From contig NC_045697.1 in assembly GCF_009834535.1 (NCBI RefSeq), positions 37,388,001 to 37,452,000 of the forward strand: a DNA stretch of 64,000 nucleotides. Direction: 5' to 3'. Positions 25,428 through 38,917 of the stretch are shown here, in pieces; position 1 is the first letter of the stretch, and every line of letters begins with the position of its first letter. A program made the translations under genes and the position numbers. The stretch comes from Camelus ferus (Eukaryota). Below the pieces are notes generated by a model. It did no database searches. It was not told the DNA's origin and saw nothing but the letters and a program-made list of their open reading frames with translations.

Positions 25428-25830
25428 GATAAAAGAAAATGTGATATATACATACAATGGAGTGTTATTTAGCCTTAAAAGAAATTCTGACACATGCTGC
25501 AACTTAGATGAACTTTGGAGACAGTATGCTGAGTTAAATAAATGAGACACAGAAGGACGCATGTTGTGTGGTTCCACTTATGTGAGGTCCCTGGAGTAGT
25601 CAGATTCATAGAGGCAGAAAGTGGAGCAGTTGCTATCAGGGGTGCAGGTGGAATGGGGAGTTATTCCTGAGTAGGTGCGGAGTTTCACTTTGGGATGATG
25701 AAATGTTCTGGAGATGGACAGTGGTGACTGTTGCACAACATTGTGAATACTTATTGCCACTTAATTGTGAAACTGAAAATGCCTGAAATGGTAGATTCTG
25801 TGTTATGCCTATTTTACCACCAAAAAAAAT
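25428..25830 (+). mobile_element. L1M-type 3' fragment
   Basis: GATAAAAGAAAATGTGATATATACATACAATGGAGTGTTATTTAGCCTTAAAAG...GTTCTGGAGATGGACAGTGGTGACTGTTGCACAACATTGTGAAT. Confidence 0.82.
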
Positions 25831-25899
25831 GTTTCTTAAATGCCCTAGTTGGCATATATTTATGTTCGTGACTGTCGATGTTGCCAGACAATCCTTTAC

Positions 25900-26031
25900 C
25901 TTTTTGTTTTGTTTTGTTTTTATTTGGGGGACGGTAATTATGTTTGTTTATTTTAATAGAGATACTGGGGATTGAACCCAGGATCTCGTGCTTGCTAAGC
26001 ATGTGCTCTACCACTGAGCTCTACCCTCCCC
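25900..26031 (-). mobile_element. Vic-1-like SINE
   Basis: Minus strand GGGGAGGGTAGAGCTCAGTGGTAGAGCACATGCTTAGCAAGCACGAGATCCTGGGTTCAATCCCCAGTATCTC plus A-rich tail. Confidence 0.88.
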
Positions 26032-27129
26032 TCCTCACCCTTGCTTAATGGTACCACACCTGATGTCATTAGAATGAGATATATAGAATTAGTACTGGAG
26101 CTTAAGGGTGTCACATCATTTTATTTCTTGAAGGTTTCATTTGCCAGTAACACCACCTTATGTCCCCTCCTGAGCCTAGGAATTGGCATTTTGCAGAATT
26201 CTCAGTTTCCTGCTTGGAGGAAATGGCATGGTGATGAGTCCAGTTGGAGCGCTCGTTGCCCACACTCCACCACATGTGTCCAGGACAATGCTAACCTGCA
26301 GGCAGTTTGCGCCTGACCAGCTCCTGCAGAATTTCTGTTGAGCCTTGCAGCCAGGAGGGCCTGCTTGGAGGTGAGACCCACCGAGGCTTCGAGCTCAGTA
26401 GGTCTGAGGTGAAGCTGGTCTTCGACGAGTGTGGCTGACCTTCTCCACGGTCTTCTTCCCCTGTTCCTTTTCACTTTATTCTTTAGTTGTTGTTTAAGTC
26501 AAGGAAGTTAATGTTGAAAGAAGTCAAGAGCTACCCCCTCCCCTACCCCCCAACCTCACCAACAGTGCAGATCTTGCCTGGGTGATAATTGGATTGAGAC
26601 CCTCTGCTTGTTACCTGCTTCTTAGTAAGTGCTTTCCAGAACTCAAAACATGGAAATCAACATATTTACAACAGGAGTTGTGCTGGGCTTTGGGAAAAAC
26701 CTACTGGAAATGAGGAAGTTCCTCTTTTCTGCTGCAGGGATGAATCCTAATACATTGTGCTGTCACATCCAGACCTTATCTGACTCCTCAAAGACCCACT
26801 TCATAATGGCCCTACATATCTTTGTCTGAGATCAAAAGGGGAAGTCCTGCTTCCTCAAACACTGGGTTGTATTTTTCTTAGGATGAGTGAGTAGGAAATG
26901 TATTAAGTAGCCCTAGGAAAGCCTTTGCTGCTTGGGGATGTATGCGTATCTAGAAGTTTTGCAGAATAATAAGCTGAAAAGGATCCTTCTTTCAGTGTTG
27001 AATAGGTGATACCTGCATCTTCACACTTGTTACTTACTCACTTTATAAGACGTAAGAGCCAGGGATCAGATTTTATGTTTAGGCCCTTAGTCTAATTCTG
27101 TTTTTAAATGGAAGTTTAAAAACAAAGTA

Positions 27130-27378
27130 AGTAACTACTGTATATAAAATAGATAAACAACAAGATCCTACTGTATAGCACAGGGAACTGTATTCAATAT
27201 CTTGTAGTAACCTATAATGAAAAAGAATATGAAAAGGAGTATATGTGTGTATATGTATGACTGAAACATGATGCTGTGCACCAGAAATCGACACACAGTG
27301 TAAACTGACTATACAATTAAGAATATAAGAAATGAAGAAAAAGAATATAAGAAGTGAAAAATGAAAAAAAAGAAAAAA
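27130..27378 (+). mobile_element. L1 3' end fragment, same family as 1137-1390
   Basis: TATATAAAATAGATAAACAACAAGATCCTACTGTATAGCACAGGGAACTGTATTCAATATCTTGTAGTAACCTATAATG plus A-rich tail. Confidence 0.85.
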
Positions 27379-30300
27379 GTTATATCATAAGAGAATTAGT
27401 GCTATTCATTTTTGGCACAAAGAGTTGAGTACCTTTTATGTCCAGCCACTGGATCTTTATAAAGCGTTACTTATTTTGACCCTTTTATGGCCTAAGTACT
27501 TGATGACAGATTCTAGAACCTTAGAGCTTTTGATGGCTTCTTTTTACTTTTTCAGAAGAGGAAACAGGCCTAAAACCTAAGGGACTTGCTCAAAATGTAG
27601 AATCCAGAATTTCTCTGTGTCCCCACCATTACATTTTTTCCTTTACATCCTTCACCAACTGCTTCAGAGCAAAAATATGCAGTTACACACTTTATCTAAA
27701 ATGTACAAATAGTAAATATCTTAACAGACACCAAACAATAATTTTGCTCATTACCTCCAACCTGAGAAAAGCTTTGACAGATGTCCTTGCAAAGGCGTTT
27801 ATTGGAGACTTGGCTCCTTGCTGCTGAGTCCCCTTAGTAAGTTTCCTTAGAAGTCTGCAGAACATCTAACATCCCCTTGATCTTGGGTGTGCTTTTCAGA
27901 AAGCAAAAGCAGCCCGAGGGCAGTCTTCTCTTGCCACCAGATGGCATGCTTGTGAGTGAACTGATGGAAAGAGGGGAGTTGAGGGTTCAAGTGCAGGGAA
28001 GCTCCCAGTTGGGCAGTTTTGAAGGAATCTGCGTGGGATGCTCTTGCTTTATAGTGGAGGACGAAGCCTGCATGATTTGTCCGAGGATCACAATAACCGT
28101 CAGGAAAGTGGAAAATGCAAATGCTACAGGAAAGCTATGATCAACACACGTGATTTATTAGTGCTGGGTTTGGCCATGTGGTTAAGGCAGAAAGTAGAGG
28201 GGCTGACCTGGCCCCTGGGAGGAAACCGCTTTCAGGAGCTGAGGCAGGAAGGGCCCAAACCACAGGTGAATCCACCCAGGCTGGAAGCCCACAGAAGAGT
28301 GAGCTGATGAGGAGGTGAGAATGGGATGGCGTGGCCTGACCCTGCCTCCCCAGTGAAGGGCCACACCAGTTTGTGCTGGTACATCTCTTTCTAGCACCAG
28401 GGAGCTTCAGATACTTGTGGGACTGTGGGACCCACATGTGGTATCACAGCTCCTTTGTGCCATGGTTATTTTCCTAAAAAGAGCAGGTCCAAAGAAAGAG
28501 GGGCTTAAAAATAGGGTTTTCACCCTGCCTTTGGTGCCTTCTACCCCAGATGGGCTCATGCACCTGATGGCCGCATTCATCAGCCCTTGAGGTCAGGCAG
28601 TGACAGCCTAGTGCCTCCAGCAGTGCTTAGTGGCCTTCCCTGCTAGTCACCCCTCTCTGTTCCTGCCTCCCACTCCTTCCTTCTTGTTCTCCCCGCCCGC
28701 CTGCTTCTGTGCATACTCACCCCCCAACTTTTCATGTGAGCCCTCTGGGAGCTTCCGTGTCTCTTCCACTTCACCCTTAGCCACTGCCTCCCCTGCTCAC
28801 TGACTTCAAGAGTCCTCCCTTCTCCTCCTTTCCCTCTCCTCCCTACCCTTCTCCCCCTCGTCTTCCTCCCCTTGACTGGTCCTCAGGTCGCTGTCCCCCA
28901 ACAGCACATGAAGTCAAAGCTCCTGTCCTCCCACATCCCACAACTGTGGTACTGCCAGAGATTCTGGTGGGACTAGTGAAGGGTCGGGCTGGGATGTCAG
29001 GGTTTCCAGCGTGCAGCCAGGGTGGCGAATGAGGGATGTAAGTTCCACGAGTCTCCATCCCTCTTCGCTGCCGTCAGTGACCAATCCTGTGTGCTGAAGT
29101 CTTTGGGACTGGTTCTCTGCCCTTTTCTGCTCCCTTGCCTGCTGCCATGTCCTCTGAGATCCTAGCATCCACCTAGAAGTCCCTCTGCACCATCTAATCT
29201 GGAATTTGCTGATTCTCCCTTAGCAGTCGAGTCATGGCCATCTCTGCCCTACTCCAGCCACCTTGGGCCTTGTCATTTCCTCCTCAGCCCCTGTATTCTT
29301 TGTAGTCTGCACTCCCTCCCTGGATGATTTCATGGACACCCCTGGCTACCACCCCGACAAACACCCCTTGTGTGCTGGTGAGTATGTCTGTGGCCCCGAT
29401 CCACCTCCCTACCTCGATTTGCAAGAACTTTCAGTGCCAGCTGCTGGTTCAAATGCCCCTAAATCAGTTTTCCCCCTTCCAGTCTGTTGGCACCCCATCT
29501 TCCCATCACCTCAGCCAAAAATAGTGGTGTTTTCTCTCTTTTTTCTTGCTTCCTCACTGCCCAGATCCAACCCATTCCAAGGCCCTGTCCTCAGCTAGTA
29601 AACACCCATCCCTTCTGTCCATCCCCACACCTCTGTCTTATGCTCTTATCAGCTCTGGTCTGAATTTAGTTGTCTCCTACCTGTCCTGGTCACTAGTCCT
29701 TCACTGCTCCTGTTGGGGTTCCCCCCCCACCCCAGGAAACATACACCCATAACTCCCCATCAGGGCAGCCTCACCTCTTCACCCTGACAAAGGAAGCCCT
29801 ACTGGGTCTCTAGCCTCACACCTCGATGCCGTGATGATTCTGATGGTACCACCTCTAAGGACGCGCCTTGCTATTTGTGTGACATTTGCTCTTGTGGTCC
29901 CCCACCTGCTAGATCTTCTCTGCCTGCAGCCTGGCCAGGTCACACACATCTTTTAATTTGAGCTCTGGGAATCCTTTCTGACCCCTACTCTTGCCCACCT
30001 GCTCTGTTGTCCTATTTGCCTGTGCCTACTTCATTGTACGGTAATTATCTGTGTGAGTCCATCTTCCCCACTGGGCTGCTCTGGATTCCTGGTCCCCAGC
30101 CCCACCCAGGCCAAATGGTAGGAGCCCAATTACCATTTCATCAATGAAGACATGTTTCAGAAGTGCTTGCTTTGTTACTGAGCCGTCTCTCTTTGCCACT
30201 AATGACTAACACGCCCGCTTTTCTTCCTCTGTCCTTCAGTCCCTTCTGTCAATTAGTTCATAATCTTTAGACCAATGTTGAAATATACTTAAGGAGCTGC

Positions 30301-33139
30301 TGTAAAAAAAAAACAAAAAAAAAGCTGTGCTACAGGAAGTCTTTGTTATTTTGTGATTTTAAACTGACTTTCAAATGGCTGATCATTTTACGATGGTCTC
30401 TGGCTATTGCTTGAAACCATCTATTGTCTTGAATATTGAAACAGATTGTGTCTAATCACTAAATATCCTGGACCTAATGTAGTACAAAGACCTGGCATGC
30501 AGAGAGAAAATTTCGTTTATTTTTAAAAGCTAAGTACAAATTTGCATTGTGTCAAGGACTTACCTTTTCAGGCCTTGAACATAGGAGTATTGTGATGAGA
30601 GACTTAAAGGGTAGTGAGGAGATTGTCCCAATTACTTGTTATTTACCTCCTGTCAAACCCAAATGGATTTTAACAATGAGTTCTACCCATTTGAGTACTT
30701 TAAATCTATATATTACAAGATTAAAGATACAGCTGAGCTTTTCTTTTACCCAGAAAATCCTTCGGAAATAGATTTGTGAATTGAAATTCATGTGACCCAT
30801 TTAAGACTGTTCTCAAACTTGTCCGTGGAGGTGCTTTTAAAAGTTGAAGGCAGTAGGGATTTGGATGGTGGTGTTTGGGAGTATGTAGTTGTGAGGCAGT
30901 TTAACTTCTTTGAAAACTCGTGGTTTTTTTTTCCCCTGAAAAATTTTCTTTCTTTCTATTTTATGATACGTAATATACTATAAAAGAATGTTTACACTTG
31001 TTTGCCACTGAGTGAAATTGACCTTCAAGGAGACAGTTAGCAAACATCCTAGATCAGAAAAGCACCGCTCTGTAGGATGATGTCCCAAATTGTCTTCCCC
31101 TGTCCTGCACCCCTGCATCTCCCGTATGTCGTCATTCCTTCTCCCAGCACATCGTGTATTCTTGGTGCCCTGCGATCCTTTAAGGCTAGAGATGGGTCCA
31201 GGCCTTGCTTTGGAGTCTGAGAGCTCACAGTTTGCTTGTGGGTGGGATGGGGTCCTCATAGGATGCACTTTTGCTCAAATACACTTACAAACAGAGACAC
31301 ATGCAAACACACACAGTCTTGACTCACCTCTTACGGCCCCTCCCCCTGGAGCTTTTCATCATCCTTTTGGGCAGAATAATAGCTGCCTCTTTTGAGTCTT
31401 GGGACATGCTTGTCCCCTTTCAGTACTTTTATTTCATGTACATTGGATTCGTCTCCTACACAGGGCTGAGTTCCCCGTCAGCACCTAGCTCACTACCATA
31501 GTCATAATTATGCAGCAGACGCATGTTGAAATAGAAGACTTCTTAATGGTTCTGCTGGCGTGTCCTCACTGCAGTGGAATGGGGGCCATGCTGGGACCCT
31601 CTGTGGCACGGCTTCCTTCGCAGTGGATTCACTCTCTCCCTGCTACTGGGCAAGAGCATTTTTTAGGACTCGTGTGGTTTTCACTGAGCTCATACCCCTC
31701 TCCCCCGGCTTTATTCTATTTCCAGTATCATCTACTTGTTTTTAAAGCCTCATGGGTGTTGGGGCCAATTACTAGGATCCTTCCGTTTTGATTTTTATCT
31801 AGTTTATTCCTATGGGAATGTAGAAGTATGTCAGAAACAGTAGGATGTACAAACCATTAGCTTTTTTATTACAAATTGCGGTGGAAGAGTATGTGAACCA
31901 AAGAGTAGTTGAACAACAATGGAGCTTTGAGTTTTGCCTTAGTCACAGCTCCACTTCCCCAAAACCAGAGTAAGTCTCTCTGCGTGGGTTTTCTTCCCCA
32001 CCATTTTGCCTGGTTCCTTATATCTGTTTCCAAAGAGGAGAAGGTTTTGAAATGACTCCTTACTTCTAACCCCAGCTATAAATCCAGTCTTTGCACCTTT
32101 AGACATTTGAGAAAGATGTAACAAGTTGAGGAGGACAGTTGAGACTCAAGATTGAAGTAACAGTTGACATGGTCCAACCATTACCAAAGGTGATTGGGGC
32201 ACACTCCATGCTCAAGAAAGTCACCCCCATTTATACAGATCATTAAGAACCTTCTACTGTAGAAGCCCAGTCTAGACTCAGATCACAAAAAATACAGGTC
32301 TACCTTGAATGGTTTACTTTTGCTTAGAAGAAGAAAGGTGGATAGCTTTTTTTTTTTTTTTTGGATGGAGAAGCAGAATCTTTTTTCTTTGAGTTTGGGT
32401 TGACTGATGGGAGTTCTCAGGGAGTCTGAGCTGCTGCCCTCACCATAAACCACACCCACAACGCAAGGTCTGCAATTTTTAATTTCAGTTTCCTTAAACG
32501 TAGTGCTTCTGAGACAGTCGGATGCAGAATCCCCCTGTGTAAATGAATTGGAGGCCCTCCCCCAATCTTCCAGTGTTTAACCCACATTTAATTGGAAGTA
32601 CCTATAGTCTTTTTTTTGGTTGAGCCACTAAGCTACACTTATGAAGTGGGTTGCTTGGTTATCGGAGAATTAACAGCTCTCCCCCAACACATACACACAC
32701 TCACATTTAATCAATTTTCATAACTTGTACTTAATTTATCTATAATACAATATCAAGTTCAACTTCCATAAACAGGTTTGAGAATAAAACCAAAGGACTC
32801 AGATAGTGTGAGAAGAAAAGCAAAGATGTGTGGGAGAAGAACTAGTAGCCTTGAGCATCGGGGTCTCTTGGCCAATAGTCAGTGTGGTTAAAACTTCTAG
32901 GTTATTCAGCCCAGAGGATTAAAAGAGCTTCTGTTATGAACGCCTACTTTGTATACTGTAATAGAGAGCTGGGAAGAAAGATGCTGTTGATGCCTGCAAA
33001 CACCACTATGTGGAACAAATAAAAATAATAACTGCTAATTTTTAAATGATGTAATTTAAGATAAACGTGAGGGGCTAACAGAAAGAGCTGAGGTGGCTGA
33101 AAACACCTGGGCCTTGAAGAATTGTTGATTTTTTTTTTA

Positions 33140-33675
33140 ATTTTAGTTTTTTTTTAATTGTGGTAAAATATACACAGTTTAAAATGTACCATTTTTAAGT
33201 GTCTAATTCAGTGCCATTAAGTACATTCACAATGTTGTGTAATCATCACCATATCCATTTCTAGGACTTTTTTTTTTTTAAATCATCCCAAGCAGAAACC
33301 CTGTACCCATTAGACAGTAACTCTCCATTTCCTCCTCTCCTTAGCCGTTGGTAACCTCTGCCTCTATCCTACTTTCTGTCTCCATGGATTTGCCTCTTCT
33401 TGGTACTTCATATATGTGGAACCATACAGTATTTATCCTTTTGTGTCTGGCTTATTTCACTTAGCTTAATGTTTTCAAAGTTCATCCATTTTATTGTAGC
33501 CTATGTCAGAATTTCATTCCTTTTTATGACTGAATAATATTCTGTTGTATGTTTATTCCACATTTTGTTTATCCATTTATCTGTTGATGCACAGTTGGGT
33601 TATTTCCACCTTTTGCACCTTTTGGCTATTGCGAATAATGCAGCTATGAATGTTGGTGTACAAGTATCTGTTTCA
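33140..33675 (-). mobile_element. L1M-type 3' fragment
   Basis: TTAATTGTGGTAAAATATAC...CATTAAGTACATTCACAATGTTGTG...GGCTTATTTCACTTAGCTTAATGTTTTCAAAGTTCATCC. Confidence 0.85.
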
Positions 33676-35479
33676 ACTGAGTATGGTTGAGTTTTATACC
33701 AGTTAAAGAGGTTACAGAGCATATGTTGGTATTTATCTTGAGCTCTTGTTAAAATCTTGCATTGTCAACTGTTCATAAGTTCCCCTTTACTCTCTTGTTT
33801 ATGCTCCTTGAGAGCAAGGACTGTCTCCTGGGTTCAGCACTTAGCAAGATACATGGGAAATATTTGCTGAATAGGTCCTTGAGTTCCTAGCCCAGAGCAA
33901 GCCATCATTCACTATCACTTGGTCCCCAGAATGATGGGTTTTGCCTTTTATCATTTTGGTGGTGATGGGGTGCTCATTAATTAACATGTGTTCAGGGGAC
34001 AGAAAATAACTTAGTATTTTTATTAGCCAAACATAATTAAGGGAAGTACATTTTCTAATGCAGAGGGTCCTGATATAGATAAAACCCAATTCAGCAAACA
34101 TTTGTTGAGAACTTGCTATGTACCAGACGTATTTCAAAATGTGTGATCCCAGAGCAATTTCAAATCTCAGTTGGAATAACTTATTGGTCTTGATTTTTAA
34201 CTATAATAAAGGTATATATACACATACACACATACACATAATACATCTTTTAACATGAATCTCTAGACTTCTTTTTATTGTGAGAACATTATAACAACAT
34301 TCAAGAGAGTTTGGAAAAAAAGAATCATATCTACAGTCCCACTCTTGATATAAGCTCTATTTCATTTTGTAGTGTGAGTTTGAGGGTTGAACTTGTACAT
34401 AGTTTATTTTGAAAATAGAACCCTGAACGCTTCTGGTGGCGATTATTTTAAAAAATGTATTATTTTTTAAAACTCTAGGAGTAAAGCTTAACTAGTGATC
34501 TCCAATTTGGAGGTGCCTTGTTTGGCGGTATCCATAGTAGTTTTAATGGATGAATTAAACCTTCCTTATTTTAGTGGAGCCACAGAGTGGACATTTGTCC
34601 TCTTTGGGGGATAGGTCAATGGACTATTGGCATCTCTTTCAGGGCTTGGGTGTTTAGGAAGCTGTCCTTCCTTCAATCTTTTATATGTTCAGGGATTGAA
34701 GGGAGTCTTTTGATGACTATGTGAGTACAATGATCCTTACTCTGAGGGTCCTAAGACCTTGCAGTAAGCAGGGGGGTAGGGTCTAGATGTAGACCAGCAT
34801 GGTGCATCAGTAGAAGCCAAATGGGTGATGGGGCTGAGCATGTTGGAGGGATTTAGTGGGGACAGGTAATCATGACCTAGGGTGGTTAGGCAACGACATC
34901 CATGAGGACTGGGCTTTCCACGTGGCGACAAGATGTATTGGTGAAGTAGCTGTGTCCTGGGGACACGGGCAGAGAGATGGGCATAGTAAGGAGTGAAGAA
35001 TATTTGCAGAATCCTTGACCTAAGGTTCTGTCTGATTGGAGAGGCTGGTTGGATCCAGAGGAGACAGCTGGAAAGTAATCCTGTGAATGTGCTTGGTAAT
35101 GTACATGATGTCAGTCGGGTTTTTGAGGCTGGGAGTGAGATTGTTGAAAAGATGGTGCTTTTGAATGATGGATCTGAGGCTTATTAGGGAGGATCACTTG
35201 GGAGGGGCGTGTGCAGAGACTGGAGGCACGGAGATCTTTTAGAGAGGATGTTCTCTCTGTGACATTGTTATATGGCTAGTCTAGGGTGGGGCGGCAGGAG
35301 TGGAAAGTCACACGAGGATGTGTGGCGAAGGCTCTGAGGAAAGATTGCTATGATTTGCTGCCAAGGAGGGAGAAGTCAGGCAGAAATCTGTTTGGGAAAT
35401 GATGGAACCATTTGCATCCATAGGAAGTGAGTAACTCAGGACTGATTGGAGGGAAGATAAGAGATTCTGTTTTTAGAGT

Positions 35480-35910
35480 AATTGTGTCTTGTACTTACTG
35501 TGTTTACTGTGTGCTTGAGCACAGTTCTGAGTACTTGACATAACTGCCTTATGAAATAGGTGCTGTTACTGTCCCTACTTTACAGATGAGGAAACCGAGG
35601 CTGAGTTGGTTAGTAACTTGCCTAAGGGCTACACACTTAGTTAAGTGGCAGAGCTGGGATGCAGATCCAGACAGTCCTATCTCAAGAGCCACATTCTTAT
35701 CTAAGATGCTTTACTGCTTAACTGTAATAGCTAGCTTTTATTATAAACTGCCCAGTCCTGTGTTAAGCTTCTTTCACGTATTTATCGCATTTGATTCCCA
35801 TAAGAACTCTGTGAAATGAGTCATGGGGATCTATCATCATTTTCCAAATGTGGAAACTTGGGCACAGAGAGGTCAAGTGGCCTGCCTTAGGTCACACAGC
35901 TAGGCCTTGC
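35480..35910 (-). mobile_element. Tandem MIR SINE relics
   Basis: MIR core TTTACAGATGAGGAAACCGAGGCT...GTAACTTGCCTAAGG and GGCACAGAGAGGTCAAGTGGCCTGCCTTAGGTCACACAGCTAG. Similar MIR cores lie near 1020-1120, 11900-12100, 41700-41880 and 52780-52960. Confidence 0.75.
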
Positions 35911-36639
35911 CTACATTGGGGTGGCAGGTCTCTAGAAGTTAGTAATATTTATTCAACCAGATTGTAATTTATTTAACCAGATTGTAGTAGCTACATTGCC
36001 CTTAAGATCCACTCTTGAGAAGATTGAATTGATTGAAATATATTGCAATATAAATTCTTTGAGAATTTTTGGATAGAATTAACTATTAGCATCGCTCGTA
36101 TTGACATGGAACAACTCCTTTTTTTTTTAAAGCGGATAAGTTATTGAAATAATAGCATCTCCATTTACCACTGTGCCCAATTTCATTACTTAATACTTTG
36201 TATGCCTTTAAGAATGATCCCAGCCATGTTGTTTCCATATTCTGGCTCCTCCTTTTAGAAGCTGGGCCTAGCGGGCACAGTCTCATATGTAGCACTTCTC
36301 ATGTTGTTGGTGCTTAGTAACATTTGACTATTATAACTGACCTCATTGTTAATCGTCTGTAAATCAGGGCTGCTGAGCATCTTCTGATCTGGGGGTGGAC
36401 TTGGCGTGACATCACGGAGCTACAATTGATACCATGGCTGAAAGGTGCCCAAATGAAATGTTTGTCTGGACAACAAACTGGACTTGAGACTGATCACTTA
36501 TACACACCTTCAGGGGCAGGAACCCTTCTCGGAGCCCCTTTGGTCTGTACCTCTCCACGGATTCTGTTTAACCTACCTTTAGATGTCAACAGGCCTCCTA
36601 TTTTTTTTTTTTTTTTTTTGACTTTTAACCTTGTTTGAC

Positions 36640-37950
36640 TACAGATCTATTTCTGTGCTTTCTCCTGCTGCAGCTCTCCAAGGAGAGGTCTACACTCGCA
36701 GCCTTTAACCTTGACGCCAACAGAAATTCCCACTCAACTGAAACTGGATTTCCTGTGGTGTCTCTCTAACCAAACCTGGGGACTTGTGTTCCTGCCCTTT
36801 GATCTTGCTCAGCATCTGCCCAGGGACCCATCCGCCTTGTCTTTGAAACCTTCTGCTGTGTTGCCTTCCTTACCTCTTAGCCTCTCCCCTTCCTTTCCGG
36901 TGGTTTCATTTTTAAAAAATCTCTCTTGACTCTTTGCTACACCTTCTCAGCTGGAAGAGCTCTCCAAGATCGATACTCATTGTGTTCCTCTTTTTTCCAC
37001 AAACGCTTTCCTTTGATTATTTGATACTATCTTTTAACTTCACAGGTTAAAAGTTTCTCCTCTTCCACCACCTGAATTTCAAGTTGTCAGGTGAGAACCT
37101 GACAGGTAGCGCCTGGGAGCAGGTCTCTTGCCTCTCCCGTCCCAGTCCTGTTCTGACCATGCCTCTGTCTCCCCATCCCCGCCTTCCTGAACTTGAGAGG
37201 CTCCTGGTATGGCTTCTCCTGCTGCCTCTGCCTCCCACCACCCCTTCCTCCACCTGGCTTGGATGGCTTTTACTCCTCCTTCAGAACCCACGTCACTTCG
37301 TATCTCCCACTTTGTATGTGTGGAGGGGGCACAAGTCTCAGGTACATGAACCTTTCCCCTTATGATCCTGCAGAAGTGATTGAAAGCCCCCTCAGGAAGC
37401 TCTGTTATCCTGGTGCCCCAGCCCCCCTCACCCAGGTCATATGTGAGTCAACCTTGTGTGTTTTTCGTGGCCCTGTAACCTATCACCATGAAAGTGCCCT
37501 CTCTCTGACAGTACGTCATGTCTTCCTCTGTAGTCTCAAATCCCTACTGTGGATTCTGTGGCTTCTGCTTACGTGGGGACCAGAGCTTTTCACTGATTGC
37601 CTTGAATCTAGCTGACCTCTGGTATCTCATTGTGCACGAGTGTGTTTATGGTCTATACCTATGTACGCGTCTGTCTTCTCTTTTGCCTTGTCTGATATTG
37701 TGAAGGTCCAGCCCACCTCTTACGTCTTCTTTAGCCTAAAGCTAAATCTTGTATCTATGTCTCCAAATTCTGACGTTGAACACTGTGTACTTACTCTAAG
37801 TGCTTTGGTGTGTAAGGACTGTGTGTCCCACTTACTTGGATTCTTCCCTAGCACCTACCACAATGCTTTTGCAGATCACAAGTGATGGATGAACAGATAC
37901 TTGCCTTCGTGCAACAGATGCATGCGTGTATGCATGAATGAATGAACGAG
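36640..37950 (+). mobile_element. Degenerate L2 fragments
   Basis: C/T-rich body, CCTAGCACCTACCACAATGC and a TGAATGAATGAA end; boundaries approximate. Confidence 0.5.
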
Positions 37951-38646
37951 CTGCAGTGAATTTTTCTAAGGCTCAGGTTTCATATTCAGAGTCTCAGGTT
38001 TGCATCTTTAAATTAGTTTCTTATGTAGGAAACCACTCTAGACACTAGGATGATTAGGCTGCAACCCAGTGTATGCTAGGGAATGTGGCCTGATCACTAA
38101 AATAAGATTTTCATTTTGTTGTTTGAAACTCATAGATCTCCTTTTGTTGAACATCACCATATAAGGAGGATTGCATAGACATAACTGAATTCACAGAGCT
38201 TTAAGAAAAAGCCAAGCTATGTCACGGTCATGTATATTTTGCCAAAAGAGTGACGGGCCAGTCATCTTTTATAAGAGTGTGAGATTTTGTTTTTGTTATT
38301 TCTAAGCTGGGTGTCGGCATGTCAGTATCATCGCCATGGCCCATGTTCAGAGTGGAAACTTGACCCCAATGTGTGTTTAACCCAGAGAAGGCCGTGGCAT
38401 CAGCACATCTTGGCCTGCATACCAAATGTGACCCTCAGGATTAATTGAGGGTTGCAGAAAATAACTTAATTTTCTAGATGAACATAAGAAACTTTAAACA
38501 GAACTCTTGTCACCATAAATAGCTGGGCAGCTTTGTCCTATTTTTATTGTCGAGGACACAGAAGATGGAAATCAATATTGGAAGAAAGGCTTTATTCCGC
38601 CAGAGAAAAAGATCATGTTCAACACGATTTTCGTTTTTCTTGGCAG

Positions 38647-38917
38647 GCTTGTCTCAACCATCTGTGAGTCCATGGGGAACTGTCTCCACCATCCATCCAT
38701 CCAGCAAAATCAGAGTTAATCGTCAGTGTTGGCGACGAGATTAGGCTGTTATGCACAGACCCAGGATTTGTCAAATGGACTTTTGAGACCCTGGGTCAGC
38801 TGAGTGAGAATAGACATGCGGAATGGATCATGGAGAAAGCAGAGGCCACAAATACGGGCAATTACACGTGCACCAACAAAGGCGGCTTAAGCACTTCCAC
38901 CTATGTGTTTGTGAGAG
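38647..38917 (+). CDS. KIT: KIT exon 2 (Ig D1), 271 nt as given, with a 1-nt insertion (T38673) causing a frameshift
   Basis: Acceptor tttttcttggcag|GC; donor GAG|gtaaat. Removing T38673 gives a 270-nt open exon: [90 protein letters not shown], with the Cys58/Cys97 pair. Confidence 0.97.

Noticed and set aside
38672..38674. New ATG created by the inserted T as a rescue start codon
   Set aside because: It is out of frame with downstream KIT (the correct frame resumes at 38674) and would lack the signal peptide.
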